Positions 13,527-26,555 of a DNA stretch of 64,000 nucleotides are shown in pieces (within the stretch, counting starts at the first letter, position 1; each line of letters opens with the position of its first letter). The translations under genes were made by a program, and so were the position numbers. The notes under the pieces are model-generated. The model had not been told where the DNA came from. It worked only from the letters and a program-made list of their open reading frames with translations, and made no database searches. Location of the stretch: positions 23,024,256 to 23,088,255 of the forward strand of contig CM119268.1 of the NCBI GenBank assembly GCA_051294375.1, in the 5' to 3' direction. This DNA is from Paraspadella gotoi (Eukaryota; Animalia; Chaetognatha).

Positions 13527-16500
13527 GCCAAGGCCGCACCAACCAATTGGGCGGCTCCTTTCTCAACGGTCGTCCACTTCCTAACGAGATGCGTCGACGC
13601 ATCGTGGAATTGGCGGCCAACGGTCACCGCGCCGCCTCCATCAGTCGGATGCTCAAAGTCTCCCACGGATGCGTCTCCAAGATTCTCGTCAGGTGTTGAA
13701 GGAAGTTGCGGCGGGAAAGTTATGCATCAAACTGAAGTTGCTGCAGGAATTTTATGCAAGTCGCTGAAGTTGCTGCTGGGATGTACCTTGCATGTTGTTT
13801 GAAAAAACTGACGCGCATTTTGCCTAAGATAATTGATGCAATAAAGTTTTGCTTGTTGCGAAACATAGATGCTGCAATGATGTGAGAGAGAATTGCTGCG
13901 ATGATGTCTTGAATGTTTTTTTCAAAAAAGTTGCTAAAAAGATTTTTTTAAAAAATAATGTTTTTTGCACGTTGTAAAAGAATTGCTGCAATAAATTATA
14001 GTTTCAGAGATCATGTCGGTTGTCTACAGGATGTTATGTTTTCAATGCTATTTTGAAGAACATGTTTTTTTGCTAATTACTATGGAGATATCTTCAGTCG
14101 TATCAGAAACGCTAATTCCTCTTCGATAATGAGAAACCATGCCCCCTACTCAAACTTAACCCTACCTTTCTCACTTTTCAGATTCCAGCAAAGTGGGTCC
14201 ATCCTTCCGGGTCACATCGGCGGATCGAAACCTCGAGTCACGACTCAAGAAGTTGAAGGGAAAATCATCATGTACAAGAAAAATAATCCAACGATGTTCA
14301 CTTGGGAAATTAGGGAGAGATTATGCGGGGATGGGGTTTGCCGCAGGTGATTGGTTGCTGCGGGGGATTGGTTGCTGCGGGGGATTGGTTGCTGCGCAGG
14401 TGATTGGTTGCTGGGGGAGAAGGTGATTGTCAGCTGTGGGATTATTATTGCTGCGGGATTTGCTTATTTTGGATTATTGTTTACTGTTGAGATTGTCTGC
14501 TGTTTGCATCAATTGATTTGGTTGCTGTTTGATTTGATTTTTTTTGCATATGCTATTTTGTTTTCATCAAGGGCGTGTCGTGGGGTAAACTCCCTCCACA
14601 AAGCCCAGCGGCCTCTGGAGCTCGGGCTCTTTGGGGGTGAGGCGGGAAAAGCTCATGCGCCTAAGAATAATTTCATAAAAAATATACATTAGAAAAACGA
14701 TAGCTTTTAATCTTGTGAAATAATTTCGTATCAGTAGGAAATCTTAAAATTTAAACACATGTGATATGACAATAAAGTATAATTTTTAAAATGACTTATT
14801 CTTGCTAAGTTGCTAAATTAATCGTAAGGAGGTGGGATGAGCTTAGACTTAGATGGAGGGGCCCGCCATTTCTGTAATCGCCACTGATTCGTATATCCTT
14901 TTTTACAGAAATTGTAAGCAAAAATTGTAGCTGGTAAACTTGGTAAGTTAGTGATTGCGTCGCAACTTCCACTCTGCTTCTCCTGTTGACGAAATCCCTT
15001 TTAATCAGTCAGTCTTTGGATCCGTTTTTTTTTTACGGATCCTTTTTCCTAATCTCCTCAGATCCGTCTGTCCGTTTGTCTCTCTTTCCAGATCAACGGC
15101 CCCTTCAACTTCGTCCATCAATCGAATTCTTCGCAAATATCGATTCAACGCAAACGAGAAACCGAAATCAGGTGAAAACCTGAACATATTTTCCAAAAGT
15201 CCCTCATCTCAACTTAAATTTCAGAATCGGTTAGGATTAAAGATTAGGGTAGGGATTAGGGTAGGGATTAGGATTAATGTTTAAGTTAGGGATTATGGTT
15301 TAGGCTTTAGGGTTATGGGACAAAGTTAGGGATTAGCAAATGAGATTATGGGATCAGGGTTATTAATTAAGTAGAAAATTAGGGTTAAATATTTAGGTTG
15401 AAACCAAAAACTTATAATTGTTATAATCGCAATAGTATCATTAGTATAGTATAGAATAGTATAGTATAGTATAGTATCAATACTATCAAAAATCCATTTT
15501 AACATTTCTTTAAAGATTCCGATGGAACTGCGAGTCCTTCTGCAAGTTCTTCTCCAGACGCCAGAGCGGAAAATGAAAAACAAGGCACTGTTGATCTCAC
15601 GAGAGCTGGTGCAATGAAACAGCAAAGCGGTGATTTTGCTAAAATACAGGACAGCGATAATTACACAGAAACTGGAACTAAAAACAGTAGTGAATTTGCG
15701 GGAAATAATGCAATAAATCAGAGTATAAGTGATTTTTATGGAACGAGCGCTTTAAACCAAAGCACGGACTATTTTAATGGAATGAATAACGGAAATCAAA
15801 CCAGTGCCCATTGCGATTTAACTGATTTCAAAACATCAAACGAATTTTCTGGAAATGAGGTTATAAGACACAATAGGTCCGATTCCACCAGAACGGATGT
15901 TGAGGAACAACATGATTTTCAAAATGGAGTTGTGAAACAAAGTAATCAAGTTTTTGAAGGAACTGGTGCTGTAGTCAGAAGCACCGGTGAATTTCACACA
16001 GGCGAAGCTGAGAAGAAATGCCTCACTAAAACAGTGAATGATAATGAAAAGTAAGTTTTTTAAAAAAAATGGTCAGCTAAATTTGTATTCATTCCGTACC
16101 CCTTCAAACTTCATTGCTAACCTCATCTTTTACAGCGAACCAAACATTCTTTCGTCGTTCAATGAATTCCCAACGTCTTCTGCTGCCGCCTCGACTCAGT
16201 CAGAAATGCTGTCTGCAGCGACTGCAGCAACTGCAGCATCGATGGATAAACGGCGGCGGAAAGGGTTCTCGGCCAAGCAACTGTCGGCGATGGAAGAGGC
16301 ATTCAAGAAAAACAAATACCCGGATGTAGAAGAAAGGATGGAATTGGAAAGGAAGCTGGGAATCTCGCACAATCGGATTCAGGTCGGGTGGAGGGATTGG
16401 AATAAATGTGTCCTTTTCAACGATGTGAGTTGGAAAATGATTAATTTGATATGGGAGATGAAATAATAAGGGTTAAAAGTGTCTAAAGTTATCTTTCTCT

Positions 16501-17755
16501 CTTTTTCACTTATAAAAATCGTATACTGCTTTATCAAATAAGGTCGAGTGCATAATCTAAAAAAAAAGATGCACCTTTTTTCATATATTAATTAATATGA
16601 CAAATTCAGGTTTGGTTCTCCAATCGTCGCTCAAGATTTCGCAAAAACGGATCCACTGATTTCTCAAATCAAGAAGAGCAGACGCCACATCCTTCACAGT
16701 TGCCAATTCCGATTCAACAGCAGCTTGAAATGCCAGTCGAGACAGTTATCAAGTCTGAGACCAACATTAATCAGGGAGGCTTCACTCTGACTCCACGATT
16801 TGTGAAACCCTTGGCCACCGCGGATGCTTATCACTATCACCATCCAGTCACCACTGCTTTTTCACCACTATCCCTGGCCCAGTCGCTTTTGATGTCACAA
16901 TCTCCCATCGTTTCACAACCGTTTTCCTGGTCACAACCGATTTCTATGACCCAACCTCCTACTGTGCTACAGCCTCAGGCCATGTCTCAAACTTTGCCTT
17001 TGTCGCACACTTTACCATCGTCATATAAACTGCCGCCTTTGTCCAATAATTTGCCATTTTCTCAATCAATGCCTGAACTCCTGCCATCTTTTGTGCCACA
17101 TTCCTTGCCATCTCCAACCAAAATTCTTTCTTGCAATCCTGTATATGGATACGAGGCTGCCGTTTCCTCATCTTTTGACCCATTTTTTACAAACTACATG
17201 GGGAGTACAACAGGCTCATTATATCCCCATGATACGCAAATATCATCCCTCACTGGTTCATCCTTTTCTACGCCATTTTCTCTGGCTGGTTCAAGTTCAA
17301 TGATAATGGATCACACTTTTCCTGCAACAAACTATTCGGATTTTAATTTTACTCCCACTATGCCATCCATGATACCGCCATCAATGACTTTGCCTCTGCC
17401 ACCTCCTTCAATGTCGGCTTGGCCACCAATAACAGTGCCACCTCCAACGCTTGCTCCGATGCCATTGCTGCCATCAGAGATGGCATCGGAAATCGACAAA
17501 GTTGAAGCCCCGATTAACGGACATTCTCATTTATTGCCCCCTCTGGTAGAACCCATTAATAATCAAATCAAATCGGTAGAAATTGGGATGAAAACTGACT
17601 CAACCATCGAGTACAGTGAGACGGATTTCCAGTCGAACGATGGGGAAATTATTCTAAGAAAATCAAACATTGATCGAATCGCAACGCAATCAAATGCAAT
17701 CCAAGGGACTTCTGCTCAAAATCAATTTATTCCTAATGAAAGCCATGATATATAG
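13527..17755 (+). CDS. Pax3/7: Divergent Pax3/7-like transcription factor (paired domain plus S50 paired-type homeodomain); start exon not identified, 3' end uncertain
   Basis: Phase-consistent exons: 13527-13692 ([30 protein letters not shown]...[12 protein letters not shown]), 14182-14346 ([21 protein letters not shown]...[13 protein letters not shown]), 15092-15171 ([14 protein letters not shown]), 15516-16050, 16136-16382 ([12 protein letters not shown]...[10 protein letters not shown]...RIQ), 16610-17755 ([12 protein letters not shown] plus P/S/T-rich tail). The intron between HD Q46 and V47 is typical of the PRD class; GQGR...RPLPN is a Pax3/7 signature. Confidence 0.88.
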
Positions 17756-18474
17756 TGTAAAGACCAACAATTCGTATTACGAGAAATGAAAATTCTTTCA
17801 AACCGGGTGACCAATGTTCTACAACTGAAACATATGCCCCAATCGCCTCATTTGCCCTTAGGCCCAATAACGTTGAGCCAGATGCAGTTAACAGTTTATC
17901 TGCGGATGCTATTTTCATAATGGACAACTCAAAAAGGAAATACTTTATGAACAAGACAATGGACGACTCTTTTAACACATCCGACCCTCTTGGACTTAAT
18001 CAGGAGAAAAAACAAGGATCACATTATTATGGTTACCCTGTACATTCTCAAAAATTTAGGATTAACCCTGAGGATACAGTGTGACACTAATCCACGTGAT
18101 ACATCAGCTTTATCGCAAGAAGGCAATGGTTTCAGAAATGAAGGAATGGTTCATGATCCGAGAGTCGAGAAAAAGTTGATATCTCATCAGTCGTTATCAA
18201 GACGATGCTTCTCAATTTAGTGTGCAAGAATCGGTTCAGACTGAGGACATTCGAGAAAGGGCCGCTGATCGCTTTGCTCCTAAACAAGATGCTGTGTCTA
18301 GGAATCAGGAAATCCCGTGAAGGATGAAAATTTAGATTATGTAGAGAATGAAAAGGAAAACGATCTTCACGAGAAAACTTGTTCTTCTTACAAAGTACAG
18401 GTGACAGTAGCATACACTCAGGCCTGACTAATGCTACTAAATTTTAACAACTTTGCCAATTTTTTTTCAAACAG

Positions 18475-18893
18475 CGAAAGCGATTACAACAATTGCCAAA
18501 TCCATCCAAACCTTGATGCTATTACCAATCAAAAGTGGCCATACGACTGGAGCCAGGTAAAATTAACAACTTCTATTCGTATAAAGTCAATATGTAAATT
18601 AATTTTAGGGAAAAAAACAATTTAATTACATCTTTGATTTTATTCGGCAGACAAATCATTTCATCAACTCGCCATTTACTCACCCCGTGGCTCAACAGGA
18701 ACCAACCTTCATTTCCTCTCATCAAATCCCACCTTTGATGAACTTACCTTCATTTCCTACGCATCACGATTTCGGTTGGAGCGAAATCACTTCACAATCC
18801 TGTCGGTCACGTGACTCACGCCTCTTTTCCTGCCGCCAACGCTGCGGCAATCTCTGCAGCAGACGCTTTTACTTCTGATGCTACTGGATATTA
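18475..18893 (+). CDS. Probable downstream exons of the Pax gene (18475-18556, 18651-18878/18893)
   Basis: Canonical splice sites aacag|...cag|gtaaaa and ggcag|; open in phase (ESDYNNCQ...WPYDWSQ|TNHFINSPFTHPVAQQEP...). The link to exon 6 is interrupted by TAG 17753-17755. Confidence 0.5.
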
Positions 18894-19689
18894 ATTATTT
18901 ATTTGTTTTTTGGTTTAAAAAACTGCATTAAATTGGGCAAAAGATGATACAAAATGTATTGAAACCTTTTGTTTTTTTTTTCTTTAATGAATAGTTTAGT
19001 TTATTGTTGCCGTTTGTTCATATATGGTTACTGCTGTTTGACGTGCTGATGATTTTTCGTTGATTTAATCTTGAATCTAAATACTTTGTTAACATATCAA
19101 TTGAAGTTTTTAAAATTTAGAGTTTGTTGATTATTAAGTAAATGTTTTTTGTTTTTTCTAATTTACTATAATAAACTAGTAATAGTACTATCCTTGACTA
19201 AATGAAAAATAATAGTAAGAGTGGTCTGTCAAAAAGTTGAAAGTTTTCTTGTTTTACCTTTTACATTTTTTTAATGTGTTTTAAAAAAGAGAATATCTTA
19301 AACAATTCAATTCAACTGCCTCAGAGTTTAATTCATGATGAGTATTGAGTAAATAGCTTTTTTTTAACAATCACCGAGTTGTGAAGTAAGATAGACTGTT
19401 TAATGATGAACCAACTCAGCAAATTGTGTCACAAAATTACTAATTTCCAGTTTTAATGACCTCCTTTTGTGTTCTTTGTAAGCATCGAACTACTGTCCCA
19501 AGTCAGGATCAAGAAAGTTATTTTTTCATTAAATGAAAGAATAATATTCATATTAAATTTGATGTATTGTGATAAATTCAAGCTTTTAATTTCGATATTA
19601 TCATCGAATCATCAACATTTAAAACAATAACAAGAAACTTCTAAACGCCTTCTCTTTCTAATTCTACATCAACTCCCAATCTCTCCATC

Positions 19690-21898
19690 TTAACTCCCCA
19701 TCCCCAGCAACTTCTTAGAGAGTATCCCTGGAAAGCTATAAATGAAAGAGGCTAAAAATAGAATCCCGACGACGAGCAGACAGAGACACGTGATCAAACA
19801 TTTGTTCTTCGCCCAGATCACGTGACGAAAAGTCTTCCACGGCGACGTCAACCAGAAGAAGGAGTCGTCGGGCCGTTTGGGCTCCTGCAGCCGCGGATGC
19901 TGATTGGGGTCCTCGCGGCCGCGGCCCGCGGGACGCAGCGCAGCGCCGGCTGCGTCCTCGATGTCCAACTCCAACTCGATCTTGCCCGTCATGCTGCGGC
20001 GGTGGCGGGAGAGAGAGGAATAAATGGGATTAAATGAGATTAAATGAGAGTTAAATGACAATTAAATGCGATTAAATGAGTTTAAATGAAATTAAATGAA
20101 AATAAATGAGATTAAATGAGAGTTAAATGAGATTAAATAAGATTAAATAAGATTAAATGAGAATTAAATGAGCATTAAATGAGCTTAAATGAGAATTAAA
20201 TGCGATTAAATGAGATTAAATGAGAATTAAATGACAATTAAATGAGATTAAATGAAATTAAATGAAAATAAAAAGAATATTAAATAAGATTAAATGAGAT
20301 TAAATGAGATCAAATGAGATAAAATTTGTTCCATCACTTCATCACTTCATCACATCTTACATCACTTCATCACTTTTCACATCACTTCATCACTTCTCCC
20401 GTCACTTCATCACTTCTCACATCACTTCATCACTTCTCCCCATTTCCCCCCCCTCAAAACTCACGCATTGCTAGCGTCTCCTGTCACGCTTTCGTGAACG
20501 ATAGGAAAGAATCCCTTTGCTCTTTTGTTTTCGAATAAATTCATCGTCGGCAGCTTTTGTTTTTTCGGCGCGAATCCCAGCGCCGCCGCGAATTTGCGGC
20601 AGCAGCCGGACAAGCCGCAGCAGCGCCGATCCCGCTCCGCTCTGCGTTCTGACGCTTCGCCGCGGGAATCCGCTGCACCAGCCCACGCAGCCTCGCCGAA
20701 ATACGCCTGAGGAAAAATAAATTGGGAAAGGATTAACAGTTAATTGTAACTCGCTTAGAAAATGATGCAAGTTGAAAAAATGATGCAAGTTGAAAGCGAT
20801 TTACATGTATTGGCGCAGCCACTGGTTTATTAAACAACGGATAACGGTTAACGGTTAACGGTTAATTCCAAAGTCTCAAGTTTGGTCCCTCGTCTCACAA
20901 CTCCTAGGTACTTCAGTCTTTCGTCTCACGCCACACAGGCCAAAAATATATTATAACACGCCTCACATCACTTCTCACCCTTTAGTTTCACNNNNNNNNN
21001 NGCAAGTTGAAAAAAAAAGTTGAAAAAATGATAAAGTTAAAAAAATGAAAGAGTTAAAAAATGATACAAATTTAAAAAAAAATTATTATTGCGGCAGTAA
21101 CAGTTCAGCTTAAGCCCTTGAAAGCGATTTACATGTATTGGCGCAGCCACTGGTTTATTAAACAACAGATAACGGTTAACGGTTAATTCCAATGTCTCAA
21201 GTTTGGTCCCTCGTCTCACAACTCCCATGTACTTCAGTCTTTCGTCTCACGCCACACTGGCCAAAAATATATTATAACACACCTCACATCACTTCGCACC
21301 CTTTAGTTTCACACTTGATTAATCTCATTAGCCTCCACGCCTAAAACTTAACATATTATTTCTCTCACTTCACATTTTATGTCACAAAGCCTTTCATTTT
21401 AATCTCACTGTTAAAAGTTACAGGTCTTTAGTCTAAAAAATCAGGATCGCATTATTCCCACATCTCACAATTTAATTTCCAGACATTTTAGTCCCGAACC
21501 TCACCTCCAGCGTGCAGTCTCTCTTCCTCGCGGCCGGCGCCGTCATTCTCACCAAATCGATCGTCAGTTCGCCGATGAATTCGTCCGGAGCGAATTTGTC
21601 GTCATCCCAAACTTGAAGACAAAGTTTGGGAGGAAAACGCGATTCGCGGGAAGAGAGGCTCCAGAAATGATCCTTGGGGGTGGGGGGATGGAAAAGGTTG
21701 GCCTCTCTCTCTCTCTCTCTCTCCCTCTCTCTCTCTCTCTCCCTCTCTCTCTCACCTTCTTGCTCGTCACAATCACGTTTTCCAAAGGCATAAAATCAAA
21801 TTCGAAAATCATTCTCCAGTTGAAATTTCCTTCTCCATCCATCGATCGATAATGAACATCTGTGGTTTGAGTTTGATCCTCCAGACCCTGGATCCAAC
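19690..21898 (-). CDS. Ferlin last four exons: C2F domain and C-terminal transmembrane anchor
   Basis: [32 protein letters not shown]; [16 protein letters not shown]; [13 protein letters not shown]; GKIELEL...[33 protein letters not shown]...[23 protein letters not shown]. Confidence 0.95.
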
Positions 21899-23047
21899 CT
21901 GTGGTTTGTGGAGAAACGTGTGAGCAATCGTGCTGGTCAGTTGTTAGTTGACTTAATGGAAGAGAAAACGTACTCTTTGTCCGATTTTTATGAAACAATT
22001 CTTCTGTTTTTTCTGTTTTTTCAGTTCGTCTATCCCAGAATTCGATTTTAACCAAAATATTATGGTGGACTAAAATCCACCAATTCATCAGCGGCCATTG
22101 GTGCCGGAGGCAAGTCATTCGCCTCCCAACCCAAAGGTCCCGGGATCTAGCCCGGTGGCCGCCTAGCAGTTAAGAGGGACGGGGCGCTTAACCCGCCTTT
22201 AACACCGTGTTACAGCCTGATCCGAAGCTCAGGGTCTGCTTATATTGAACGGTTCTGTCACTAACACATAACAATAATTACTGTCTCTTCAATATGTTCT
22301 TTAACTTATAAACTAATCCTTAACCTTTATCCTTAATTTCTAATCCACACCTCGAACCCTAACAAGAATCCTAGACCCTAATCACTAACCAAGTCCGAAA
22401 CCTTAACCACTAAACCTAATCGTTAATCTAATCTCTAACCTAATCTTTAACTTTATTCCGAATTTAGGATAAAATGGGGTGTTCTGGGAAAATAATGCCG
22501 ATAAATTGTCGTTACATGAATCAGATTCTTTCATTATCGGTTTAATTTCCAGCGATAAAATAACTATCTTGTTCGTACACAATGTACCTTGTACAGTGTA
22601 CTAAAAGTAATTAAAATATTCAAATAATATAAGATAAAGTAAAAACAACGTTTTCTTTACCACACTCCTATTTAACAATTAATAAAACCTAATTTTAACC
22701 GCTAATAGAAAATCCGTTAACTGATTAAAATATACCGCCACACAACCCGCATTTCTGTGACTAAAACAAAAGGCAGTTTTATTTGGTAAATTTATCGTCG
22801 ATTCTTCTATCGATCGATCATTTCTGGGAAATAAAAATAGTTTTTTCCCCCTGGCGGCCTAAATTAACGCGAATTTACGCAAAGTCTTGTAGAAGTTTCA
22901 TTTTTTTATTAATTTGACTTTGGTTAAAACTGAACGTTTGACGCTATTCGAATTGGAAGAGATTCTGAATCCGACTTCAAATTTAATTTTGAACAAAGTA
23001 GAAAAATCAAGATCTTGATTGGCGAAGCGTCTCTCTCTCTCTCTCTC

Positions 23048-23090
<43 letters not shown>

Positions 23091-26000
23091 TCTCTCTCTC
23101 TCTCTCTCATCGTCCCTCGTGATGTCGTTCGGCATCTGACTAATAACACCACTCCTCACGACGAAGCGCGACGTCACATCTCCCCACGCAACCTCCGCGG
23201 AGCCAACGCCCACACCGGCCGCGCCTCTATCCGGCGCCGTCGACGTCGACGACGAATCTCGAGCCATGCGACGGGCCGGTCGTGTCTTTTCTCATCGTCG
23301 TCGCCCGTCGTCGTTAACGTCGGCCTCATTGTCGTCTTCGAGCGTCAGCGACGAGGAGGAAGACTCCGGGTCAAAGTTAAGTGTTGATGTGGGTCCGGTC
23401 TGAGGTCAGGGGGTCAAAACTGTGGGGCAGTGGGTCCTGTCTGAGGTCAGGGGGTCCAACCTGTGGGGCAGTGGGTCCTGTCTGAGGTCAGGGGGTCCAA
23501 CCTGTGGGGCAGTGGGTCCTGTCTAAGGTCAGGAGTCCAAACGTGGGGCAGTGGGTCCTGTCTAAGGTCAGGGAGGTCCAAACTGTGGGCAGTGGTCCTG
23601 TCAGATGTCAGGAGGTCAAAACTGTGGGGCAGTGGTCCGGTCTGAGGTCAGGGGTCAAAACTGTGGGGCAGTGGGTCCTGTTCTGATGTCAGGGGTCAAC
23701 TGTGGGCAGAGGGTCCGGTTGAGGTCAAGGGGTCAAACTGTGGGCAGTGGGTCCTGTCTGAGGAACACTGAATTCGAATTGAAGCAGACCAGCTTGGCAA
23801 CAGCAACCTTATAGTTTATTTCCCTTCGCAGGTCAAACTTCTCATTCTGTCCACTCCCTGATCTCTTTCACATTTGCCTTTCTCTCTTCTCATCTTCGCC
23901 GCAGCCACTAACGTCGGCGAAGGTTAGAGGATCAGAGGTAAGGTTTTCAAAACAGGGTGAGGTCATTTAACTTTCCCTTTTTTTTTGCAGCATCCCCGCC
24001 GTGTTCAGTCTTCTTCAATTTTACGCTGTTGTGACCGGAGCTGCGAAAGAAACTTGATTCCTACATCACTTCAAACGAGCGAGGATCATTAATCTAAGAG
24101 AAGCCTCAATTATCTCACCTTGACGCCTAAAATTGTGCTGAAGGTGAGTTTGAAGGGAAAAAATGGGTAAGGAGTGTGGAAAGAAGTCGGGCGTTCAGGC
24201 GGTTAGACTGGATATAGTATACAGGAAGGGAAAGCAGGAAAAATAATCTTGGTGTACTACGAAACGTTTTGGCAAAGAAAGCTTTACCATGTTTTTTTTA
24301 GGAAACTCTCAGTTATGGTGTTGCCCCAGGATTCTTGGTGGGCATCATAATCGGTGCAATGGCGTCAAAAAGGTTGTTGCAGAACCAACAGACCGGATTG
24401 GGTGAGATTCACAATAGACTTTGATATTTTCCGATATAATCGGAGAGTTTATATTGGAACTTGATTGTAGGCGAAATAGTGTATTCAATTGATTGAATGG
24501 ATAATTTTTGTATTGGTTGTCTCAATTTTATAAAGAAATGGCCAATTCTTCAGGTCCAGTCAACTCTTTGCTTATGGATTTCTCTTCTTCATATGCATCT
24601 TGCTGATGCTGGGAATGCCACTTTCATTCTGGTCAAGTCAAAACTGCCTTTGGTGATCGACCCGAACAGGTAATGAACTCTACTGATCTGGGAATTATAC
24701 CTCTGCAACATCCAACAGAAATTTAAAGTAGTAGCGCTTATCTTATGACTTTACATATTACCAAACCTCATTGCCACAATTATCTTTCATTCTAGGTTGA
24801 TTTCCAAATTTCTGTCGCCGCAGTGGCGGTTATCTACTGCGTTGCAATATTCCTTGCACCCTTGTGTAAGACAACAAATTTGATTTAAATAAAAAGCTTA
24901 TACTAATTGCCGCTAAGGTATATTCAATCGAGTACTTTTTGACCAGCTACTTCTGGCGAGGAGTCATTCATCCACGACCACAGAGTGATGTCCCATCGGC
25001 TCTACGTAGCGTCCAAGCTTCGGCTCAACTTCTCAACTCGGCGGCGAATCTTTTCGTTTATTTCTTAATTAGTCAAACTTGCTCGGAATTGAAAGGATTT
25101 TACAAGACGTCCTTGTCGACTGGTTATTATTGATAGTCAATATTTAATGAGTTGCAATAAATTATTGCGAAAAAATATCATTTTAAATACTTTATCAAAC
25201 AATTGTGATAGAAAAGAAGTTTTAAAAGACAAATACAAATGTAGAGTGCCCAGTGCCCAGACCTCCAGAAACAATATACTATGTACGGTAAAGTATTAAA
25301 GCAATACATAGTTATACTAAACTTGTAAACTTTTGGGGACAGGCCCGCCAGTTCTCTCAATAAGACCCTGGACCTAGACCTAGACCTAGACCCCTACCCT
25401 CGTTTACCTTTGACATAAATATCGATCATCTTATCTCCAAAGAGATTTTCTTGATTCACTTCAAGATCGAAAACATTCCACACGACGAGTCTGAGTTGAT
25501 GCGGAGAAACAACGCCGAGGAGAAACATCAACCGGAGGCGATGGAATTCCGCGAACCGAAGGGAAGATGTCGACCCAGAGACGAAGGCGACCCACTTTCA
25601 GCGCGGGGCTGGCGGAGGTGTGGGCGGGGGAAGGGGTCGATTTTAACCCTCCGTCTGTCCTGCCAACCTGTCTTGTAACCTCACTAACGATCTGGGGTTT
25701 TGTGTAATCGTTTGAGTGTCTCTTTCTCTCATCGGTCATCATTCTCTCGTCTCTCTCCCTTCTCAACTGAAACATCATTGACCAATCTTCTCGTCTCCAC
25801 GTGCTCTGGAACAGCTTCAACTGTGGCAAGATGCCAGAGAGCGAGCCTTTCGTCGATCGGCCCTTCCAAAGGATGCGGAGGATCTTCCATCCTCGTCGAA
25901 GTCGGAGGCTTTGAAGGCGACGTCGCTGATGACTACTTCAGGCGCATCGGTGACCAGACCGGCGGGGACCAGCCTTGGGAAGGAGGGTGGAGTGAGAAGC

Positions 26001-26495
26001 GGGGAAAGGGAGAGGAGAAGCGGAAAGGAGAAGCGGTAAAAAAGGGGAATATAGAAGTGGAAAGGAGAAGCAGAAAGGAAAAGCGGAAAGAAAAAATAAT
26101 ATTTTTAGCCTGTTGATTAATAAATATTTTCCTCGCTGATCGCATGTCACTCATCTAATATTTTCATCTGGTTGCTTTTCTGTGATGTAACTTTTCCAGC
26201 TTTCTTTCTCTTCGCTTTCCTTCTTGCCCTGTCTCCTTTCCTCCCTCTCCCCTTCCTTCCTCTCCCTTCTCTCCCTCTCCCTTCCTCCCCTCTCTTCCTC
26301 TCTAACCTTCAACTCTGCCACTTCCTGCAGTATCTCCTTCGGGGTCGCAGTGTCCTCCAAGCGAACTTCCGGCGGAACGAAGTACTTGGCCTGCAGACGC
26401 AAGAGGCTCTCCACTTTGAAGTCAGTCGATCCTCCAGGTCGATGCGGGTGGAGCCGATCTCCTCGTCAAAGCCTGAGGTGAAGGCCTTATTCATT

Positions 26496-26555
<60 letters not shown>

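Noticed and set aside
14567-14886. MITE ending in cgccactg within a Pax intron
   Set aside because: Left TIR is too degenerate and no TSD could be verified.
20760-21310. ~230-bp direct repeat
   Set aside because: Flanks a 10-N gap; likely a haplotype or overlap duplication.
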